From NCBI GenBank assembly GCA_902563305.1, contig CACEWP010000001.1:143886-207885 (forward strand): 64,000 bases of DNA, written 5' to 3'. A model generated the notes under the pieces. It was not told the origin of the DNA and searched no databases. It was given only the letters and a program-made list of their open reading frames with translations. Origin of the DNA: an uncultured Alphaproteobacteria bacterium. Its GTDB lineage: Bacteria; Pseudomonadota; Alphaproteobacteria; Methylaequorales; Methylaequoraceae. The position numbers and the translations under genes were made by a program. This document shows, in pieces, positions 1 through 6,272 of the stretch (position 1 is its first letter; each line of letters begins with the position of its first letter).

Positions 1-173
1 TTCCTGGTTTTATTACCGATACGTTCGGTGTTCTTCTTTTAGTTCGATCACTTAGATTTATAGTTTGGGACTTTATACCAGAAAGAACAAAGAAGCATTT
101 CTATCATGATATAAATTCGTCTGATAAAGAGGAAATTATTGAGGCAGATTATAAGGATTTAGATGACAAATAA
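1..173 (+). CDS. fxsA: FxsA family membrane protein, C-terminal fragment (5' end outside window)
   Basis: Open frame from the window edge (codons from nt 3) to TAA at 171-173. Translation is PGFITDTFGVLLLVRSLRFIVWDF..., resembling the PGF(L/I)TD..G..LL C-terminal motif of FxsA as I recall it. Absent from the ORF track because it has no start. Confidence 0.55.
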   Translation, partial: PGFITDTFGVLLLVRSLRFIVWDFIPERTKKHFYHDINSSDKEEIIEADYKDLDDK

Positions 174-444
174 TTTATTGAACGTTTTTTGTAGAATTTC
201 TGGAAGAGTTCAGGGGGTTGGATTTAGAGTCTGGATTAAAAATAAAGCAGAAGAGTATGCTTTAACAGGCTGGACAAAAAACTGTGAAGACGGAACTGTT
301 GAATGTGAATTTAGTGGAGAAAAAGAAGTTATTTATTCTTTTTTAGAGGAATGTAAAAAAGGTCCAATCTTATCTTCAGTAAAAAATATTCACAAAGAAG
401 AAAGACCCTTTAATAAAATTAATAATTTTAGTATTTATTATTAA
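163..444 (+). CDS. acyP: acylphosphatase
   Basis: 93 aa. Carries the acylphosphatase signatures VQGVGFRVW and GWTKNCEDGTVE. Its start overlaps the fxsA end. Confidence 0.85.
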   Translation: MTNNLLNVFCRISGRVQGVGFRVWIKNKAEEYALTGWTKNCEDGTVECEFSGEKEVIYSFLEECKKGPILSSVKNIHKEERPFNKINNFSIYY

Positions 445-1022
445 TGAAACTTTTTTTTTTACGACATACTTCTTTAAATGTAGAAGCAGATGTATTTTAT
501 GGTCAGACTGATTTAGATGTTTCGAGATCATTTGGAAAAGAAGTAAGTAAAATAATTAAGAAATTAATTGACTTTAATATTGATATTAAGCGCATAAAAA
601 CTTTCACCAGCCCCTTAGTAAGATGTATAAAGTTAACAAAAGAACTTAAACAAGATTATGAAATAGACGAGAGAATAAAGGAAATGAATTTAGGAGACTG
701 GGAAATGAAAAAAATGAGTTCAATTCCAATTAAAAAAAAACTTGAATGGGAAAACAACCTTTTGACTTTTAAAATCCCGAATGGTGAGAGTAATGAAGAG
801 TTCCTCGACAGATTAAGAAACTTTCTAAATGATATTTTAAAACATGATGAAGATATCTTGATAGTATGTCATGCAGGCTCGATTAATGGCATGATTTCAA
901 TTTTAACTAATGAACCATTTGACAAAATGGTGAAAAATTATTGGGAGAAAATAAAATATGGTTCCCTATCCATTATAGAGTTAAAAAACGAAGTTGTAAT
1001 AAGCAAAAAAATAGGTATTTAA
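444..1022 (+). CDS. histidine phosphatase family protein (PGM/CobC-like)
   Basis: 192 aa. Has an N-terminal FLRHT catalytic-His motif, SPLVRC, E.NLGDWE and a late CHAGSI. Joined to acyP by a TAATG junction. Confidence 0.75.
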   Translation: MKLFFLRHTSLNVEADVFYGQTDLDVSRSFGKEVSKIIKKLIDFNIDIKRIKTFTSPLVRCIKLTKELKQDYEIDERIKEMNLGDWEMKKMSSIPIKKKLEWENNLLTFKIPNGESNEEFLDRLRNFLNDILKHDEDILIVCHAGSINGMISILTNEPFDKMVKNYWEKIKYGSLSIIELKNEVVISKKIGI

Positions 1023-1031
1023 TAAAATCAA

Positions 1032-1745
1032 ATGTTCAATTTTGGGATTCTAAAGAAGAAAATAGAAATCATAGATGATGTGAGGATTATTAGAACGTCC
1101 AACCGTAAAAAAACACTAATGTTAAGAATAAAAAATAGGCAGGCAGAGATTCTATGTCCATACTATACATCTACCTGCTACCTAAGAAACTTGATTCAAA
1201 AAAAGAAGAATTGGATAACAAGAAATATAGAGAATAATTCAAGGAATTTATCTGAAATTGATCAAATTTCAAAAGGTTATATAAGATATAAAGGACTGAA
1301 ATTAAGTTTAATTTATGAAAAAGCTAAAGAAGAACACGTTTTATTGGAAAATAATATTCTTAGGGTATTTCATTTAGAGGAGTCGTACGAAAAAAAAAGG
1401 AAAATAATTATTCTTTGGCTTAAATGTGAATCTCGTAAATTCTTATGCGATAGACTCCTTTTTTTATCAAAACAAATTAATATAGATTACAATTCATTGA
1501 AAATTAGATCATATCGAGCAAGATGGGGAAGTTGTAATCTAAAAGGTGATATTTCATTGAATTGGAAATTAATCATGTTACCTGAAAGTGTAATAGATTA
1601 TGTATTAATCCATGAGTTGGTTCATGTGTTAAGACATGATCATTCAAAGTTTTTTTGGAAGTTGGTGGAAAAGAAATGTCCTAACTATAAAGAAAAAAAA
1701 AAATGGCTAAAAGAGAATGGTGGATCTTTAATTGCCTTTGGTTAG
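1032..1745 (+). CDS. YgjP-like (DUF45) zinc metallohydrolase
   Basis: 237 aa. RARWGSCN...IDYVLIHELVHVLRHDHSKFFW is the typical DUF45/M48-like HExxH block. Confidence 0.85.
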   Translation: MFNFGILKKKIEIIDDVRIIRTSNRKKTLMLRIKNRQAEILCPYYTSTCYLRNLIQKKKNWITRNIENNSRNLSEIDQISKGYIRYKGLKLSLIYEKAKEEHVLLENNILRVFHLEESYEKKRKIIILWLKCESRKFLCDRLLFLSKQINIDYNSLKIRSYRARWGSCNLKGDISLNWKLIMLPESVIDYVLIHELVHVLRHDHSKFFWKLVEKKCPNYKEKKKWLKENGGSLIAFG

Positions 1746-1954
1746 ATTAATTCTTTACTTTCATTTTCAATAATTTGTTTTGCTTTAAATATTTGAGATT
1801 CTTCAACCAATATTCTTATTGGAATTGCAGTAATATTACCTTCCATTACTGACATTTCCTCATCCATAGTATAAAAGTTTATGCCATGCGAAGTTAAAAT
1901 ATTTTTAATCCAGCTTATGTAGACATGATCATTACTTTTAAGAAGAATTTCCAT
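1742..1954 (-). CDS. DUF2007-like small protein
   Basis: 70 aa. The pattern (HGINFYTMDEEMS...IPIRILVEESQIFKAKQII) resembles the DUF2007 fold family. Overlaps the convergent neighbour by 4 nt. Confidence 0.55.
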   Translation of the reverse strand: MEILLKSNDHVYISWIKNILTSHGINFYTMDEEMSVMEGNITAIPIRILVEESQIFKAKQIIENESKELI

Positions 1955-1996
1955 TATTTATTTTTATAGTGATTTTATAATCAACACAATATATTT

Positions 1997-2073
1997 TGGT
2001 GCGCCCGAAAGGATTCGAACCCTTAACCTTTTGAGCCGAAATCAAATGCTCTATCCAGTTGAGCTACGGGCGC
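1997..2073 (-). tRNA. tRNA-Arg (anticodon UCG by manual fold)
   Basis: The reverse complement GCGCCCGTAGCTCAACTGGATAGAGCATTTGATTTCGGCTCAAAAGGTTAAGGGTTCGAATCCTTTCGGGCGCACCA folds as a cloverleaf. It has a 7-bp acceptor stem, anticodon stem TTTGA/TCAAA, loop TTTCGGC, a GTTCGAATC T-loop and an encoded CCA. Confidence 0.85.
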
Positions 2074-2079
2074 GTTGTT

Positions 2080-3393
2080 TTAATCAACTCCGTGTGATAA
2101 TTTGGAAAGTCTTCTGTTGAATAAAATCACAATCAAACCAACAAAAGCACACACAATAGTTATACCCAAGAAAATAAATTTTTCACCCAATCTTTCCGAA
2201 TATTGTCCTATAACACCTGCTAACTTATTTCCTATTCCTATGGCAGCAAAATAAATACCCATAATTGAAGAAACAAGTCTTTCGGGAGATAATTTTGTTA
2301 TATATGACAGTATTACAGGAGAGGCACAGAGTTCTCCAATAGTATGAAATAGATAGGCCAAAATAAGCCAATACATAGAAGATTTTCCGAATATCTCAAA
2401 TTCAATAGATGCAAAGAACATGAAAATAAATCCTAATCCCATTATTATTATTCCAACAGCTATTTTAAAAATTGAGGAACTCAATTTTTTTTTTTTTTCG
2501 ATTAAGTACCAAAATAAAGAAACATAAAACCCTAAAAAAATTATCAATAATGGATTTATGGATTGAAACCAACTGGCTGGGACTAGGAAATCAAAAATAC
2601 CCAGATATCTGTCCGTCTTTTGGTAAGCAAAAATATTCATCAATCCTCCAGCCTGTTCAAATGAAGCCCAAAATATTATTAGAATTAGGCTAGCAAGGAC
2701 TATCAGTTTAATTCTATCAAACTCTAATTTATTTATTTTCCTATGTTTGATAGTTTTTTTTTTTAAATTAAGATTCTTAAATTTTTTTCTACCTGAGAAA
2801 AAAAAGATTTGGCCAATTACCATGCCTATCCCAGCTAAGGAAAATCCATAGTGCCAACCATATCTTTCTCCAACAAAACCTACAGTAAGGCTAGCTAAAA
2901 ATGCTCCAATATTTATTCCTATATAAAAAATAGTAAATCCTTGATCTCTTCTTAAGTCATTTTTTTTGTATAAAGATCCTACAAGAGAAGAGATACTAGG
3001 CTTTAAAAGACCAACTCCTAAAATAATAAACAATAAGCCCGAATAAAAAAAATTAATGTTTTCAATAGCTAAGGATAAATGTCCTATACATAAAAACCCC
3101 CCTCCCCATAAAACTGCTTTTTGACTAGAGACAAATTTGTCAGCGATTATTCCTCCAGGAATGCAGGCTAAATAGACTAATGCTGTATACCAGCCATAAA
3201 GCTTTATAGCCTCAGAATTTGACCAACCTAACCCTGGATTTGAGGAACTAGTTTCAGAAACTAAGTATAATACTAGTATAGCTCGCATACCATAATAACT
3301 AAATCTTTCCCACAATTCTGTAAAAAATAGAGTTACTAGACCTTCTGGGTGCTTAGATATTATTGAATTATTAAAGAAAGGTATTTTTGGCAT
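2080..3393 (-). CDS. proton-dependent oligopeptide transporter (POT/PTR2 family, MFS)
   Basis: 437 aa, polytopic. Carries the PTR2 signature FTELWERFSYYGMRAILVLYL near the N-terminus. Confidence 0.85.
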   Translation of the reverse strand: MPKIPFFNNSIISKHPEGLVTLFFTELWERFSYYGMRAILVLYLVSETSSSNPGLGWSNSEAIKLYGWYTALVYLACIPGGIIADKFVSSQKAVLWGGGFLCIGHLSLAIENINFFYSGLLFIILGVGLLKPSISSLVGSLYKKNDLRRDQGFTIFYIGINIGAFLASLTVGFVGERYGWHYGFSLAGIGMVIGQIFFFSGRKKFKNLNLKKKTIKHRKINKLEFDRIKLIVLASLILIIFWASFEQAGGLMNIFAYQKTDRYLGIFDFLVPASWFQSINPLLIIFLGFYVSLFWYLIEKKKKLSSSIFKIAVGIIIMGLGFIFMFFASIEFEIFGKSSMYWLILAYLFHTIGELCASPVILSYITKLSPERLVSSIMGIYFAAIGIGNKLAGVIGQYSERLGEKFIFLGITIVCAFVGLIVILFNRRLSKLSHGVD

Positions 3394-3436
3394 AAAGTTT
3401 GCTTTTAAATTATTATATCTGACATGTGTCAGAAAA

Positions 3437-3503
3437 TTGAATTGTGGGAAGATCTAAAATATGATATTTCCTCCCTTAAAGTAAAGTGATCTTCCCAATT
3501 CAA
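3437..3503 (-). terminator. putative intrinsic terminator / long imperfect hairpin
   Basis: Arms ttgaatt(gt)gggaagatc (3437-3454) and gatcttcccaattcaa (3488-3503) give 7+9 bp with a 2-nt bulge and a 33-nt loop. The hairpin begins 3 nt after the stop of the 3506-3724 ORF. It is followed by UUUUCU in minus-sense RNA. Confidence 0.45.
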
Positions 3504-3505
3504 CC

Positions 3506-3724
3506 TTATTCGTTAATCCCTAGAATAAATCTTTTCAACTCCTCGACATTGTCATCAGACAAATCTTTATATGAACAGCTATACTTCTCATTAATTAAGC
3601 TACATATATGTGCATAAGGATTTCTCCCATCAGGATGATTAGGGTGGGGTTCTAATTTATTTTTCAAATTTTCTCCATGACTTTGAATTAATTTCCAAAT
3701 TAATTTTTTATTTGTATTGTTCAT
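3506..3724 (-). CDS. hypothetical small protein (72 aa)
   Basis: ATG start shares a TAATG junction with the upstream ORF. The C-terminal pattern YAHICSLINEKYSCSYKDLSDDNVEELKRFI weakly recalls phage ORF6C-type domains (from memory, unverified). Confidence 0.4.
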   Translation of the reverse strand: MNNTNKKLIWKLIQSHGENLKNKLEPHPNHPDGRNPYAHICSLINEKYSCSYKDLSDDNVEELKRFILGINE

Positions 3725-3978
3725 TATTTAAAACCCTGATTAGTTCTGATTCTAGATTTTTTAGTGGGTCGTTGAAAAATATTTTTTTTAATACCATTTT
3801 TTTTAATTATTTTTTTTTTGATTACGTATTTATTCCCTGGTTTAGGGGGTGGAAGTTTTTGATATGTTCCATCTTTTTTAATGAGGAAAAAGTTGCCTGC
3901 ATTATCTTTGATTATTTCATCTGAAAAGACCGAAGAACTGAGGAAAATTAGTGTTCCAAAGATAATTGTTTTCTTCAT
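3724..3978 (-). CDS. hypothetical secreted lysine-rich small protein (84 aa)
   Basis: Clear signal-peptide-like N-terminus MKKTIIFGTLIFLSSSVFS. The mature part is strongly basic and K-rich with a PPPKPG segment. ATGA overlap with the upstream ORF. Confidence 0.5.
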   Translation of the reverse strand: MKKTIIFGTLIFLSSSVFSDEIIKDNAGNFFLIKKDGTYQKLPPPKPGNKYVIKKKIIKKNGIKKNIFQRPTKKSRIRTNQGFK

Positions 3979-4163
3979 TTATAAAAAAAATATCTTTTAT
4001 ACTGTTTAGTATCAATCATTTCATCTTCTGCAATTAAAACTTCTTTTCTTAAATATTTCCAATCTTTTTTAAGAACTCTTAATTTTTGAGCTGATTCTTT
4101 TCTAAGCTTCTTACTTTTCCACCATGAACTTGAACCAACTGCTAAAATAACATCTTTAATCAT
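3975..4163 (-). CDS. hypothetical small basic protein (62 aa)
   Basis: ATG start shares a TAATG junction with the hydrolase stop. The only support is translational-coupling geometry. Confidence 0.4.
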   Translation of the reverse strand: MIKDVILAVGSSSWWKSKKLRKESAQKLRVLKKDWKYLRKEVLIAEDEMIDTKQYKRYFFYK

Positions 4164-5047
4164 TAGTCAAGTCTATGATAAAATTTAGTATTTTCAAATA
4201 TTTTTAAAACATCTTTAAAGTTTTCGTTCTCCTCAATATTTTTTCGTTCTAATATCCAATCCTTTATATCTTTTGTTATATTATCTCCTTCCAAATCTCT
4301 TAAAATCATATGGTAACTTTCTTTATATGCCCCAACACTTATTAAATTAGATACATTAATTTTTATCTCATCATTTTGTAAAATTTTTATAAAAGGCTTT
4401 CTTGGAACTATTTCATCTTTAAGTGGGATAAGAATAAGAGTTTTGTATATTGGATTCTTAAAATACTTTTTGGCATCCTCATAAGATTCATCCATTAGAT
4501 CAATTACTCCTTGAAGGCTCTCAAGAGTTGGTTTGTGAATAAAAAAATTGTCTTTTGAGAGTTCTTTTAACATCTTTTGGTTGTTACTAGCTTTAACTTT
4601 TATTATTCCTTTGCCACTAACCTTCAAATTTGGAAAAATTTTAGAAAAAATTCTTAATGGAATACTCTTTAAAAAATTAGTTTCGGTGAAATTCCAGATT
4701 GCAGGTGCAATCAATATTACGCCATCAATTGGAAGATCTTTGTATCGATTTATAAGGCTAATTGTAATAGCTCCACCCATACTTTCCCCTAAAATAAAGA
4801 TTTTTTTTTGAGGATTATTTTTTTTTATTTTTTTTATATTAAAAATAATATCTTTATGATGTACTTTTAAATCGTACCAATTCCCCTTATTATTATTTCT
4901 ACCGAACCCTCTTAAATCATATGAGATAAGTTGAACTTTATTGTTAGATAAATACTTGCCAGGGATTTTGAATGCATTTGAATAATCATTATAACCATGT
5001 ACAGCTAGTATAATGTTAGAGTAATTAACCTCTGGTCTCCAATCCAT
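4163..5047 (-). CDS. alpha/beta hydrolase (lysophospholipase / monoacylglycerol-lipase-like)
   Basis: 294 aa. Has the oxyanion HGYND motif, the nucleophile elbow GESMGG, and late Asp (KDEIVP) and His (SYHMIL) residues. Confidence 0.8.
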   Translation of the reverse strand: MDWRPEVNYSNIILAVHGYNDYSNAFKIPGKYLSNNKVQLISYDLRGFGRNNNKGNWYDLKVHHKDIIFNIKKIKKNNPQKKIFILGESMGGAITISLINRYKDLPIDGVILIAPAIWNFTETNFLKSIPLRIFSKIFPNLKVSGKGIIKVKASNNQKMLKELSKDNFFIHKPTLESLQGVIDLMDESYEDAKKYFKNPIYKTLILIPLKDEIVPRKPFIKILQNDEIKINVSNLISVGAYKESYHMILRDLEGDNITKDIKDWILERKNIEENENFKDVLKIFENTKFYHRLD

Positions 5048-5133
5048 ATAAATAAAAGAATTTTTTTTTGGTTCTAAGTTTTTTTCAATTTTACTAATAC
5101 ATGAAGTTATAGGAAATAAGGAAAAGATTAAGA

Positions 5134-6051
5134 TTAATTTTTTAATAATTTTATAAATATATCCTCTAAATCTGAATCTTTGGTTGTTATATCTTTTAAT
5201 TCTAGCTTATTATTAACGAAATGCTTAATCAATTCAGCAGTATTAATCTTACTCTTGTTGAATTTTAAAGTTATTTCGTAACTACTTTTATTAATAATAT
5301 ATGGTTTTATCTTATTAGGAATCTTATTAATTTTTTTTGTAAATTCAATTTTAATTTCTTTCTCATCAAGTATTTTTAATAAATTACTTTTTGAATCATT
5401 GGCTATAACTTTCCCCCTATTTATTACCGCAATATCATCGCAAAGTAATTCTGCTTCTTTCAAGTAATGTGTAGTTAAAATAATTGTAGTACCATTCTTG
5501 TTAAGATTTTTAATAGATTCCCATAGTTTTGTTCTTAACTCTACATCAACCCCTGCTGTTGGCTCATCAAGAATAAGAATAGGTGGATTATGCACCATAG
5601 CTTTTGCAACCATTAATCTTCTTTTCATACCTCCAGACAAACTTCTAGCATATGCATTAGCTTTGTCCCCTAGGCCAAGGAGATTTAAAATTTCATTATT
5701 TTTAATATTAACTTTTTCAACAGCATACATACCTGCCTGAATGTTCATTATTTCCATAGGAGTAAAAAATGGATCAATAATAATTTCTTGAGGCACTATA
5801 CCTAAATTTCCTCTAATTGTCTTTGGATCACTGTCCAAATCAAATCCACAAACATTGACTTTACCGGAACTTTTATTTACAAGACCGGCTAAAATATTTA
5901 TGAATGTACTTTTCCCGGCACCATTTGGCCCTAAAAGTCCAAAAATAGACCCTTGATTAATTGACAAATCAATGTGATCTAAAGCATAATTTTCAGATTC
6001 TCTATATATCTTCGCTAATTTTTTTACTCTGATTATTTTTTTTTTCATCAA
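5134..6051 (-). CDS. ABC transporter ATP-binding protein (ABC-2/drug-exporter type)
   Basis: 305 aa. Walker A GPNGAGKST, signature LSGGMKRRL and Walker B ILILDEP are present. No adjacent permease gene. Confidence 0.9.
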   Translation of the reverse strand: MMKKKIIRVKKLAKIYRESENYALDHIDLSINQGSIFGLLGPNGAGKSTFINILAGLVNKSSGKVNVCGFDLDSDPKTIRGNLGIVPQEIIIDPFFTPMEIMNIQAGMYAVEKVNIKNNEILNLLGLGDKANAYARSLSGGMKRRLMVAKAMVHNPPILILDEPTAGVDVELRTKLWESIKNLNKNGTTIILTTHYLKEAELLCDDIAVINRGKVIANDSKSNLLKILDEKEIKIEFTKKINKIPNKIKPYIINKSSYEITLKFNKSKINTAELIKHFVNNKLELKDITTKDSDLEDIFIKLLKN

Positions 6052-6107
6052 TACATATATAGTAAGTTAGTGGTAAAAGATTATGATATTTATTGAACTT
6101 TAATAGT

Positions 6108-6272
6108 ATGAAATCAAATTTTCAAACAGATTTAAAATATGTAGATAGCGATTCAATAAGCTGTAGCGGAGATGGTTTGAAAGAATCACATCCATTGATA
6201 TATCTTGACCTATCATCTGGTGGGATTGCTATATGTCCATATTGTAGTGCTAAATTTAAAAAAAAAGTATGA
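6108..6272 (+). CDS. zinc-finger CHCC-type mini-protein (NDUFS6 C-terminal-like)
   Basis: 54-aa ORF missing from the ORF track: MKSNFQTDLKYVDSDSISCSGDGLKESHPLIYLDLSSGGIAICPYCSAKFKKKV. It shows the C..G....HP.(V/I)YL....G...CPYC pattern of zf-CHCC proteins. Its TGA overlaps the polA ATG (ATGA). Confidence 0.65.
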   Translation: MKSNFQTDLKYVDSDSISCSGDGLKESHPLIYLDLSSGGIAICPYCSAKFKKKV

